From Oculatellaceae cyanobacterium bins.114 (GTDB lineage: Bacteria; Cyanobacteriota; Cyanobacteriia; Elainellales; Elainellaceae): DNA of 64,000 bases. The notes below the pieces were generated by a model. It was not told the DNA's origin. It made no database searches and saw only the letters and a list, made by a program, of their open reading frames with translations. Of the stretch, positions 10,558 to 19,832 are shown in pieces (the first letter of the stretch is position 1; the number at the start of each line of letters is the position of its first letter). The stretch covers positions 54,385 through 118,384 of the forward strand of contig JANRJA010000203.1 of assembly GCA_033764315.1 (NCBI GenBank), written 5' to 3'. The position numbers were made by a program, and so were the translations under genes.

Positions 10558-11610
10558 ATGAAGATCCTTGAGCAAACCCCCGATCGGTTGGTTCTGCGCC
10601 ATCGTCCCTTAGGGTGGTGGATAGCAGGTGGTATATTTGCTCTCGTGGGTTTGCTGATTACCCTCTCAGGAGAACAGTCCACTCTGCGCTGCGATCGCAT
10701 TCAACCCACTCAAGGAACCTGTCAACTCAGCCACAAAAGACTCCTCAGTTTTTCCTCTCGCACCCTGCCTCTAGAGGTGATTGAGGGTGCAACGGTCAAT
10801 GTCACCTCCATTCAAAAGACAGATCACTACACGGTCATCTTGCAAACCCAAACCGAAACGATTGGATGGGGCGAGCTCTCGACTGATCGCCCTAGCACAG
10901 AAGCGATCGCGGCCCAAATCAATGCATTTCTCAATAACCCTAACGAAACCACGTTACTCGTTCAACAAGATGGACGCCTAAACCTTTTACCCGGTGGCAG
11001 TCTTGTGGTTGTTATTGGGGTTAGCTTGATCATCTTTGCCACCACCAGCAAGTGTGTCTTTGACAAACCAAAAGGCAGCGTCTGGATTCACCATCAACGG
11101 CTTTTTCACACTCAAACCGTGACTTGTCCTCTAGACGAGATTGAAAGGGCTAGACTGTCAAAATCGACATCGCGTAGCAAAGGTAAGACTGTTCATGAAT
11201 CGCGCATTGTGCTTGTGCTCAAGTCAGACAAGTTATTGCCCTTGACCTCCAGTTACATGGCCAATCACAAAAGCCAGCAACATCTTTTAGAACAAATTCT
11301 GGTATTTTTAGCCTCGGCTCAGACTCACTCCTCTAGCCCATCAGAGGTTGATTTGATCAGCCATTTGCCCAGTCCCTCCTTGCTCAGAGAACAAAAAGCG
11401 ATCGCCCAGTTAAAAGCGATCGCCCAACATAATCCAAACGATGCTGACGCCCACTATCGCTTGGGAATGGCCCTCTATCGCAGTAAGCAGGCTCAAGCCG
11501 CCAGTGAAAGCTTAAACACAGCAAAAGCCTTGTTTACAGCTCAAAACAATGCTCAAAAAGTGATGGAAGTGCAAGAAATATTGTGGGATTTGCAGCTAGA
11601 ACCCCGATAG
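10558..11610 (+). CDS. Hypothetical membrane protein with C-terminal TPR
   Basis: Two TM segments, duplicated soluble module, NPNDADAHYRLGMAL TPR. Confidence 0.7.
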   Translation: MKILEQTPDRLVLRHRPLGWWIAGGIFALVGLLITLSGEQSTLRCDRIQPTQGTCQLSHKRLLSFSSRTLPLEVIEGATVNVTSIQKTDHYTVILQTQTETIGWGELSTDRPSTEAIAAQINAFLNNPNETTLLVQQDGRLNLLPGGSLVVVIGVSLIIFATTSKCVFDKPKGSVWIHHQRLFHTQTVTCPLDEIERARLSKSTSRSKGKTVHESRIVLVLKSDKLLPLTSSYMANHKSQQHLLEQILVFLASAQTHSSSPSEVDLISHLPSPSLLREQKAIAQLKAIAQHNPNDADAHYRLGMALYRSKQAQAASESLNTAKALFTAQNNAQKVMEVQEILWDLQLEPR

Positions 11611-11757
11611 GGAGAGGCGATCGCCATCCTCTTTCAAAAGCTTGAAAGAGGGGCAAAGCATTTGCCTCCAGATCGAGAGTGTCAAATCTAGATTGATCGT
11701 GCAAATACTCTACCCCTAAACCCTAGATGCTGTTTAGATCAGATCTAAAGAGGCACT

Positions 11758-13662
11758 CTAGAAGCTAAACTGCGTTCTCAAGTTGCCCACATAAATTGTG
11801 GGATTGCTATCAAAATTATTGGCATTACCAATAATGTAGAAAGCAGGAACCAGCGCAATATTGTCAGTCAAGGGATAGAAATAGGTGGCTTCAAATTCGT
11901 ATTGAACTCCACCATCACCCGATCCTGATACCAAAAGATCGTGTCCATCCAAGACAGAGAAGGGAATCATATAAGACAGAGTCAACTGTGACCCTTCCTT
12001 CAACAGATCCAGGAAGGCAATACCTCCTTGAACGGCCTGAGCATCGACATCACCCGGTTCAATATGGGTGATGCCATAGGTATAGCGTCCAAACAACCCA
12101 ATTGTAGGAGTCACCAACCAGTCAAAGTTAGCACTGAAAGTGTCAGCCGTTGCATCATTCAGTGCTCCACCATTGCCGTCATCCAACAACCCATAAATTG
12201 GCTCCCCAGGCGCACCCCCAACCTGTCCAAACAAAGCATTCAGGTTCGAGCGGTTATACAGCAACCTCAAGTTAAAGTCACTGCTAGGCGAAAATGTCAC
12301 CTCAGCAGTAATCGTATTGGTTCCACCAAACAAGCCCTGGCTAGGGTCAGAAGAGGTGTTAAACAAACCGCTCGGCAAAAACTCGTCATTCTCACCTAGA
12401 TAAGCCACATTCAGACGAAACTGATCGTTAATTTTCCATAACAGTGCCGCACCCGAACCCCGGTCAATCGTATTGAGCAGCGTGCTGCCACCAGAGTTAA
12501 AGCTGCTCGCACCCGTCAAGAAAAAGGTGAAGCGATTGTTGTCAAAATAGCGATACCAGTTGATTCGCGGACCAACCACGGCTTGCAACGAATCGGTAAT
12601 GGGAAACGAGTAAAAGATTTCGCGAACAATCACCGTGCTGGAGCCGATATCAACTCCCGCTGTTTGATCAGTAAACGGAGTTCCAAAGGTGTTGTACAGA
12701 CCTGCCGATGCAAAGGCATTAGCCGGTGAATCACCGTTACCGACAGCTAGTTGAGTCACCAGGTTATCTTTTCCAGTAAAAGACGTAGAGAGGGTCAACC
12801 AGGTCAAATAACTAAAGGTAATCTCTGGATCGTCTTCGACTGTAGCAACCAGGGGACGCCCCGTGACCGGATCGCGTCCTGCCGGTCGAATGACAGATGG
12901 AGCTGAGAGATCAGAGGTTTCTACTTGAATATCGCCATCTGCAAAAGCACCCGTCAGGTTAAACCAGGTCAAGCCCCGCAGCACAGTCGTTGTTGAAAAC
13001 TGGTTGGCTTCTAGTTCCGCAGTCCGTCCTTCGAGCGCATCGACTCGGCCTCTCAGAGTCGCCAGTTCCGCAGCAAACTCCTCTTGCATCCGTTGAATGG
13101 TTGCCAGATCATCAGCGGTGACAGCATCGGCTAGACCTGCGGCAATGAGTTCGTTCACTCGATCGAGACAGGCATTCAAACCCGCTGCAAACTCATAGCG
13201 AGTCAGGGTGCGATTGCCCCGAAAGGTGCCATCGGGGTAGCCAGCAATGCAACCATAACGCTCGACCAAACTCTGAAGTGCCTGAAACGCCCAAGCGGTT
13301 GGTTCAACATCAGAGAGTTGAGAAACCGAGGTTACTTGCGCTAAACCATCTTCATCCTCAACCACTTGTAGAGGATCTACAACGCTGAGCGGATCAGGCG
13401 TTTCTAGCGAAGAAGCCGCCAATGTGTCTTCAACTGTAACCGTCTGAGGCAGAGAATCACCTACCAGAGTGACCGGTTCACTGCTAGTTACAGGTTCATT
13501 GGCAGATCCTACCAACTCAGCATCTAAAGGATTAGGCTCTATTGCCACCACTGCTGAAGTATCAACAGACACCTCAGCTGCCAGAGCTGGAGCTGAAGTC
13601 ATCCAATGGGAAATAAACACTGTTGAACTGATCAACAGCATGTACCACGAATATTTATGCAT
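11758..13662 (-). CDS. Cyanobacterial SLH-domain porin (OprB/iron-uptake porin, Som-like)
   Basis: QVTSVSQLSDV..WAFQALQSLVERYGCIAGYPDGTFRG, ANQFSTTT, C-terminal LRTQFSF. Confidence 0.95.
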   Translation of the reverse strand: MHKYSWYMLLISSTVFISHWMTSAPALAAEVSVDTSAVVAIEPNPLDAELVGSANEPVTSSEPVTLVGDSLPQTVTVEDTLAASSLETPDPLSVVDPLQVVEDEDGLAQVTSVSQLSDVEPTAWAFQALQSLVERYGCIAGYPDGTFRGNRTLTRYEFAAGLNACLDRVNELIAAGLADAVTADDLATIQRMQEEFAAELATLRGRVDALEGRTAELEANQFSTTTVLRGLTWFNLTGAFADGDIQVETSDLSAPSVIRPAGRDPVTGRPLVATVEDDPEITFSYLTWLTLSTSFTGKDNLVTQLAVGNGDSPANAFASAGLYNTFGTPFTDQTAGVDIGSSTVIVREIFYSFPITDSLQAVVGPRINWYRYFDNNRFTFFLTGASSFNSGGSTLLNTIDRGSGAALLWKINDQFRLNVAYLGENDEFLPSGLFNTSSDPSQGLFGGTNTITAEVTFSPSSDFNLRLLYNRSNLNALFGQVGGAPGEPIYGLLDDGNGGALNDATADTFSANFDWLVTPTIGLFGRYTYGITHIEPGDVDAQAVQGGIAFLDLLKEGSQLTLSYMIPFSVLDGHDLLVSGSGDGGVQYEFEATYFYPLTDNIALVPAFYIIGNANNFDSNPTIYVGNLRTQFSF

Positions 13663-13665
13663 TTA

Positions 13666-13674
13666 TCCTCACAC
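13666..13674 (-). promoter_or_regulatory. Yfr1 sRNA target site over the porin RBS
   Basis: GTGTGAGGA immediately upstream of the ATG; complementary to the Yfr1 motif ACUCCUCACAC. Confidence 0.65.
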
Positions 13675-13704
13675 CAAAAATCAAAACAAGACCGTAGCAG
13701 CCTG

Positions 13705-13746
13705 ACCGTATCAGAGCCAGATAAGCCGATATGTAATTTGGAATAC
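13705..13746 (-). promoter_or_regulatory. Class II NtcA-activated promoter of the porin
   Basis: Minus strand GTA-TTCCAAAT-TAC (13746-13733), 22-nt spacer, TACGGT -10 box (13710-13705). Confidence 0.65.
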
Positions 13747-13905
13747 TAAGGAGAAAAAATGTGAGGAGAATCTCATAGAGAAATGTTACATAAAAGACTC
13801 AGTATCTTTAGCCACAGTTCTCAAGAGGGTTATATGTCAATTCTGAGAATATAAATCTGAGAATCTAAAGTGCGAAGCGAATGCTGTATTCTTAAATCCT
13901 TATTA

Positions 13906-13948
13906 ACTCCGATTCTCTCATCGGCTTACCGGAGTATAATGATTATCA
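13906..13948 (+). promoter_or_regulatory. Putative cysK promoter/operator
   Basis: ACTCCG..CGGAGT inverted repeat, TATAAT at 13935-13940, overlapping GTATAATGATTATCA (Fur/PerR-like 7-1-7). Confidence 0.4.
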
Positions 13949-14023
13949 AAGGATTACTTGGGGAATGTGGGATTCAGTAAGCATCATAAATCCTGTTTCC
14001 CCCTTACAGAAGGAGTTTCAGCT

Positions 14024-15016
14024 ATGCAAATTGCAAACGATGTTACAGGATTGATTGGGAAGACACCTCTGGTGCGCTTAAACCGGATTCCTCAATCAGA
14101 AGGGGCTGTGGCACAGGTCGTTGCTAAGTTAGAGGGCATGAATCCTGCGGCTTCGGTTAAAGATCGAATTGGGGTGAGCATGGTGCAGGTGGCGGAGGAG
14201 GCTGGACTCATTGCTCCGGGTAAGACGATTTTGGTTGAACCGACCTCTGGCAATACTGGAATTGCTTTAGCGATGGTTGCGGCGGCGAAGGGATATCAAC
14301 TGATTTTGACGATGCCTGAAACTATGAGCCTGGAACGACGGGCCATGTTAAAGGCCTATGGCGCACAGTTAGAGCTGACTCCTGGTGCACAGGGCATGAA
14401 GGGAGCATTGGCACGGGCAACCGAAATTGTGAATGAGTTACCGAATGCTTTTATGCCGCAACAGTTTGCCAACCCAGCAAACCCTAAAGTCCACCGGGAA
14501 ACCACTGCCGAAGAACTATGGGCAGACACAGATGGACAGATCGATATTTTGATCGCTGGAGTTGGAACGGGTGGCACCATTACTGGCATTGCAGAAGTGC
14601 TAAAACAACGAAAGCCTGAATTTAAGGCGATCGCCGTTGAACCTAAAGAAAGCCCTGTCTTATCAGGTGGCAATCCTGGCCCTCACAAAATTCAAGGCAT
14701 CGGTGCAGGCTTTGTGCCTCAGGTTTTGAGAACTGACCTGATCGATGAAGTGATTCCGGTCAGTAGCGAAGAAGCCATTACCTTTAGCCGTCGTTTGGCA
14801 CGAGAAGAAGGGCTATTGTCTGGCATTTCTTCGGGGGCAGCGTTGTTTGCGGCTATTCAGGTCGCCAAGCGTCCAGAAAATACTGGAAAATTGGTGGTCT
14901 TTGTGCAACCTAGCTTTGGCGAACGCTATCTCAGCACGGTTCTGTTTCAAGACTTGCCAGCGGTGGAAGTTGCCCATCTCAATGGTGGCGATCGCGTTGT
15001 TGCGGCAGTCAACTAG
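14024..15016 (+). CDS. cysK: Cysteine synthase A
   Basis: [13 protein letters not shown]-lysine motif, [32 protein letters not shown] 14024 preceded by AAGGAG. Confidence 0.96.
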   Translation: MQIANDVTGLIGKTPLVRLNRIPQSEGAVAQVVAKLEGMNPAASVKDRIGVSMVQVAEEAGLIAPGKTILVEPTSGNTGIALAMVAAAKGYQLILTMPETMSLERRAMLKAYGAQLELTPGAQGMKGALARATEIVNELPNAFMPQQFANPANPKVHRETTAEELWADTDGQIDILIAGVGTGGTITGIAEVLKQRKPEFKAIAVEPKESPVLSGGNPGPHKIQGIGAGFVPQVLRTDLIDEVIPVSSEEAITFSRRLAREEGLLSGISSGAALFAAIQVAKRPENTGKLVVFVQPSFGERYLSTVLFQDLPAVEVAHLNGGDRVVAAVN

Positions 15017-15169
15017 GGTCAACCTACTCCTGTCAGCCAACTCATATCAGCTTGGGTATGAGCCTCACCGATTCATTCCTGGCTATATAGGGCTTACGTT
15101 TGCGGCTCACTGGAGCTGACGGGGAAACCTGTGGTTTCAACGACCTAGATCCTGTGGTGAAATTGAGGA

Positions 15170-16156
15170 TTAAGCAAACAATTGGCTAAGCCGTCGCAAA
15201 TCAACATTGCCCCCGGTAATTACAACCCCAACGCGAGCACCAGGGGCAGGGTTAACAATGCCCTCTAACAGAGCCGTTGCTGCCAACACCCCAGTAGGCT
15301 CCACCACGATTTTGAGGCGTTCCCAAAAAAATGCCATCGTCCGCAGCAGAGCCTCATCGGAGACAGTGACGATCTCATCCACATAGTGCAATACCAACGG
15401 AAACGTGAGGCTCCCTAAGGCAGGAGTTCGCGCACCATCGGCGATCGTCTCTGGGTTATAAATCGTTTGCAGGGTTTTAGTGCGGAACGATCGCGCCGCA
15501 TCATCAGCCGTGGCTGGTTCTACCCCAATAATTCGACAATGAGGAGAGAGGGCACGAGTGGCGATCGCACATCCTGACAGCAAACCACCTCCACCGCAAC
15601 AAACCAACAGAACATCAAGTGTGCCAACTTCGTCAACCAGTTCTTTAGCAGTCGTGCCTTGCCCAGCGATCACATGAGGATGGTTATAGGGAGGAATGAT
15701 CGTCATACCGCGCTCCTGGGCTAGTTGTTGACACAATTCCACCCGCTTGGCTTCAGCCCGATCATGCAACACCACATTTGCCCCATATCCTCGTGTTGCC
15801 TCTTGCTTCACCAAAGGCGCATCCCGTGGCATCACAATGGTGGTGGGAATGCCCAGTAATTGACCTGCCAGGGCAATACCTTGAGCATGATTACCAGAGG
15901 AATAAGTCACCACGCCGTGTCGTTGTTGCTCTGGAGTCAGTTGAGACAAGGCATTGTAAGCCCCCCGAAACTTAAACGACCCGGTGCGCTGGAAGTTTTC
16001 GCACTTAAAAAAGATCTGACACTGAGTGCGATCGCCCACGGTGCGTGATGTCATCACAGGCGTGCGATTGGCAACCCCCATCAGCCGCTCGGCAGCAGCA
16101 GCAACATCCACATAATTAACAGAACCGGAAACTTCTGGGGGTAGAATGCCAGTCAC
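15170..16156 (-). CDS. PLP-dependent threonine/serine dehydratase or threo-3-hydroxyaspartate ammonia-lyase
   Basis: KCENFQRTGSFKFRGA, SSGNHAQG, CGGGGLLSG and TGGNVD motifs. Confidence 0.9.
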   Translation of the reverse strand: MTGILPPEVSGSVNYVDVAAAAERLMGVANRTPVMTSRTVGDRTQCQIFFKCENFQRTGSFKFRGAYNALSQLTPEQQRHGVVTYSSGNHAQGIALAGQLLGIPTTIVMPRDAPLVKQEATRGYGANVVLHDRAEAKRVELCQQLAQERGMTIIPPYNHPHVIAGQGTTAKELVDEVGTLDVLLVCCGGGGLLSGCAIATRALSPHCRIIGVEPATADDAARSFRTKTLQTIYNPETIADGARTPALGSLTFPLVLHYVDEIVTVSDEALLRTMAFFWERLKIVVEPTGVLAATALLEGIVNPAPGARVGVVITGGNVDLRRLSQLFA

Positions 16157-16259
16157 ACCTAACCTCGATCATGCTATCGATATAAATGTAGCTTACGTTA
16201 GAGGTTAACTTCATTTCAGAGATCTACTGTGAGGTCGTCAACCCAAACCCACCACAGCT

Positions 16260-16445
16260 ATGTTCAACAATCCCTTAATCAAAGGTTTATTGGTGTTTTT
16301 AGCGATCCTGTTTGTCGTCGCTCCATTTGCCGGATTAGTGCCTTTAATGCTGTTTTTATTGTTTGCTGGAGTTTTTTACGCGATCGCCTCCGTGTTTGAC
16401 ACCTCCACTCCCTCAGACCAGTCCAAGCCTCACTCCAATCCTTAA
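16260..16445 (+). CDS. Small membrane protein (2 TM)
   Basis: 61-aa hydrophobic ORF filling an intergenic gap. Confidence 0.55.
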   Translation: MFNNPLIKGLLVFLAILFVVAPFAGLVPLMLFLLFAGVFYAIASVFDTSTPSDQSKPHSNP

Positions 16446-16456
16446 AACACCCTGCA

Positions 16457-18235
16457 TCAGGTTATCACCAACAACTCTGGAGGCAGGTCTGAACGGAGAG
16501 GCAACGTCACTGTAAAGGTTGTCCCTATCCCTTCTTTACTGGTAAAGGTGATGGTTCCTTGATGATGGGCAACGCACTCTCGAACGATCGCCAGACCTAA
16601 CCCTGTTCCACGAATGGTGCTGACATTACTAGCCCGGTGGAATAGCTCAAACAAGCGAGGTTGATCATCCGAGGGAATTCCAATGCCCTCATCTTGAATC
16701 ACGAAAACAGCACTGTACTGATCACACGATAAGTGAAACGTCACAATGCTCTTAATGGGTGAATATTTAATCGCGTTAGAGAGCAAGTTTGTCAAAATCG
16801 ATCGCAATAGTTTTGGATCCGCTTTTACCTCTGCACAGTCTCCTTCAGCCGCAAAAGCAATCTCATAATTGCTGCCCACCCCCATTTGCATCTCTTCCAC
16901 AATTTCATAACAAAACTGCTTGAGGTCAAGCGTGGTCGGGTTAAACTCTAATCGACCTGCATCTGCCTTGCCAATCGTCAAAACATCTTCTAACAATTGA
17001 GTCATGTTTTGCACCGCCATCTGACTCCGTTGAAAATATTCTCGCTTTTTAGACTCAGTGACAACATCGTGATAACGCTCTAGCAATTCAAGAGACGTCC
17101 GAATGACCGTCAATGGGGTGCGTAGCTCATGAGACACCATCGAGACAAACCGAGACTTTAACTCATTCAACTCCCGCTCTTCTTGCAGTGCCAATTGCAT
17201 CTCATATTCTGCTTGCTTGCCCTGGCGAATCATGTGCTCACGCGTGCGAATGCTGTCTACCATCGTCTCAAACACTTGTGCCAGGGTGTTTAGCTCATCT
17301 GGAAAAGGGCTTTTTGTGAGAGATGACAGATCCAGACTATAGGCTCCATCTCCAATGCGCTTAGCAGACTCTGTTAACTCAGTCAACTGCTGAGTCAACG
17401 CCCCCGACAAAAAGTAAATCAAGATAAATAGAACGGCATAGGTAATGACAAATGAAATCAAAACAAGGCTCCGAACTTCGGTCTGCACTTGATGCACATA
17501 GTCTGCCTGAATGTCTAATCCCAGAACGGCTACAATTTCGCCACGCTCGTCTCTTAACGGGGCAAATGCCGACAACCAAGTTCCCCATTGGTCGGTATAG
17601 ATTTTAGGAGTTTCAACAATTTCACCCTCTCGCAAGACTTGGTAAGTGACTGGACTGGGGACATCAGCCTGCAAAAATCGAGCCGCTTTCGACGGGTCAT
17701 ACACAGACCATAAATCAGTTAAATAGACAATTTCTAATTGATCAGGTTTAACGGCTGGTGCCCCTATTCGGCGATTGTTGCGTGCCGTACCCACAGCATA
17801 GGAATAGAGCCAAACTCGTGGCTCAACTGAATGCACCGTTTGAAACCAGCGCAATTGATTGATATAGCGCAAGTCGCTTGAAAAACCACTGGGATTGCGT
17901 TCTCCCTCTGCGTAAAGTGCCATTAACTCGTCAACATCCACTCCAGCCGCTGCGCCAATCAATGTTGTTCTCATGTCAGCTTTTAGCCGAGTCATGATCT
18001 TGGCAGTTGCAAATGTATAGAACCAGTAGAAAGCACCCGCAAAGACAATGCTAAATACGATACTAAAACCGATTAGCAACTTGACCCGTAGGCTAACTGG
18101 TTGATTGTATCTTTTTGACTGCTTGGAGGCTGTTTGTCGCTCTACTGAGAGAGGGGGCTGCTGCAATTTGACCTCGTTGAAGGCGTAAATCAGAAAGTAT
18201 TGAACTGTAACTGCCAACGGATAGGCTACTTGCAT
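16457..18235 (-). CDS. Membrane HAMP-domain sensor histidine kinase
   Basis: 2 TM segments, periplasmic domain, HAMP, SHELRTPL, NLLSNAIKY, DEGIG, GTGLGL; start uncertain. Confidence 0.9.
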   Translation of the reverse strand: MQVAYPLAVTVQYFLIYAFNEVKLQQPPLSVERQTASKQSKRYNQPVSLRVKLLIGFSIVFSIVFAGAFYWFYTFATAKIMTRLKADMRTTLIGAAAGVDVDELMALYAEGERNPSGFSSDLRYINQLRWFQTVHSVEPRVWLYSYAVGTARNNRRIGAPAVKPDQLEIVYLTDLWSVYDPSKAARFLQADVPSPVTYQVLREGEIVETPKIYTDQWGTWLSAFAPLRDERGEIVAVLGLDIQADYVHQVQTEVRSLVLISFVITYAVLFILIYFLSGALTQQLTELTESAKRIGDGAYSLDLSSLTKSPFPDELNTLAQVFETMVDSIRTREHMIRQGKQAEYEMQLALQEERELNELKSRFVSMVSHELRTPLTVIRTSLELLERYHDVVTESKKREYFQRSQMAVQNMTQLLEDVLTIGKADAGRLEFNPTTLDLKQFCYEIVEEMQMGVGSNYEIAFAAEGDCAEVKADPKLLRSILTNLLSNAIKYSPIKSIVTFHLSCDQYSAVFVIQDEGIGIPSDDQPRLFELFHRASNVSTIRGTGLGLAIVRECVAHHQGTITFTSKEGIGTTFTVTLPLRSDLPPELLVIT

Positions 18236-18367
18236 CTTAAACGAAAGCCACTGCTTCTATCAGTGCATCAACTTCCAAAACACTGATTCAGCATTGCTCT
18301 TACATGCTCTTTTCAATCAAAATTGAGGATATCCTGATACTTTTGGTTGCAACCTATAACAAATAAG

Positions 18368-18448
18368 GGTAGTCGTCTAAAAGTAATGATTTTTGAGTAA
18401 GGATACGCTGCGATGAGCGGGGCATATCCTTACTTGTTTAGGGCTACC
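18368..18448. mobile_element. MITE-like element, family A (copy 1)
   Basis: GGTAGTC..CTAAA / TTTAGGGCTACC ends; closely similar to 43570-43649. Confidence 0.7.
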
Positions 18449-18953
18449 CCAATCAATAGGTGGGAGTCATTAATTGTAAGATGCGTTTCGACTGCGCGTT
18501 CAATTAAGCTCACGCCGAAGTCTCACCGCTCTCATCTCTCTGACAGCGAGTTAAATGGAGTCAAAACCCGAATTCTAAACTGAGTTTAATGAGGTTCTCT
18601 ACTTATAACCAGCTAGTTTAAATGATGAGAAAAATTGTGGCAGCATTTCTCTCTCATAAAATCTCTCTGCTATCTATAGCAATCCTAAATGGGTTGTGAG
18701 AGATGTAAACAACTCATCTAATCACAGCTTGAGAGTTAAGTGTGCTTGATTACTCTGCTATTAGCGATGACCCATTGATCACGAATACCAGACAGTTGCT
18801 TTCTAGCAATTTTTGGGCTTTCAGATCACACTACTTTTAATCAGTCGCTACTTAGTTGAGGCACAGTTCATGCTCTCAGGAAGATTTTGCAAACCCTCTT
18901 GTGAACCTGTGCCATCTATCAGAAGGGTAATAGAAGGTAATAGGTGTAATCAT

Positions 18954-18986
18954 AAAAAACCGTACTGCTTTATAAAGTAGTACGGT
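18954..18986 (-). terminator. Orphan rho-independent terminator-like hairpin
   Basis: ACCGTACT..AGTACGGT stem followed by a T-run on the minus strand. Confidence 0.45.
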
Positions 18987-18988
18987 GA

Positions 18989-19089
18989 TATAGCAATCCT
19001 AAATGGGTTGTGAGAGTCGCACCCCGGAGGGGTGCGACTCTCACAACCTCACAACCTCCTAATTTCACAAATGATTTAGGACGGCTATA
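18989..19089. mobile_element. TA-bounded MITE-like element with a perfect 20-bp hairpin
   Basis: TIR TATAGCAATCCTAAAT / ATTTAGGACGGCTATA; internal GGTTGTGAGAGTCGCACCCC-GGA-GGGGTGCGACTCTCACAACC; isolated left end repeated at about 18675-18702. Confidence 0.7.
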
Positions 19090-19255
19090 GTTCAGAATAA
19101 AAATCTATGGCGTAGCGGCAGATTTCCGGGGAGAGTCTATCTAAAAAACAGGTTTATAGAAGCTTGAAATAGTTTGTAAAAGCTCTCATCTTTCAACTTG
19201 AGAGTTTTTTACAAACCCGTTGCTGATCCTTGCTGATGGATGAGTCCAGTCAGAA

Positions 19256-19299
19256 GTTGTGAAAGAGTTGTGAAAAGGTTGTGAAAGAGTATAAAAAGT
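19256..19299. repeat. Four tandem 11-bp direct repeats (GTTGTGAAA core)
   Basis: Units start at 19256, 19267, 19278 and 19289 (last one degenerate). Confidence 0.8.
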
Positions 19300-19832
19300 A
19301 TTCGAGACAAGCAAGCGATCGCACTAAACGAAATTAATTACAGCTTGGATAGATAGCTCGATCACAGGGTGGGTTTTTGAGTTGAAAGTCAATCAATACG
19401 TGCTGATTAATGGAAGTGCTCATCGTTGAGGTCACGAACATGACGATTGCAAGAAGGATTTCCATAGGAACTAAATAGGGTAACTGCACCTGTGCAACAT
19501 CATGTCTGATCAGTATCCAATTTGCGATCCGAGCATTTAACTATTCTTTTCTTAAAAAATCGATTGTCTTCGTAGATCTACGGGGTCTGAAGTAATTTTT
19601 ATGGGCATCTCAGGCATTTTATAAACTCTTAAGGAAAATAAAAAATATCCTCTAAGCCTGCTATGACTGGGTTTTGACAACTGGCCGATGGAGGTGAGAC
19701 AAAACCTTGTTACAAGTTTTGTATTCTTGAGCAAAGCAATTTGCCAGGTTACACACTGCGGTAAGCTTGAATGAGTGGCTAAACGCCCATTGGTTTAATA
19801 TTTCACTGTATTTCTAAACAGCGCTTCACAAA

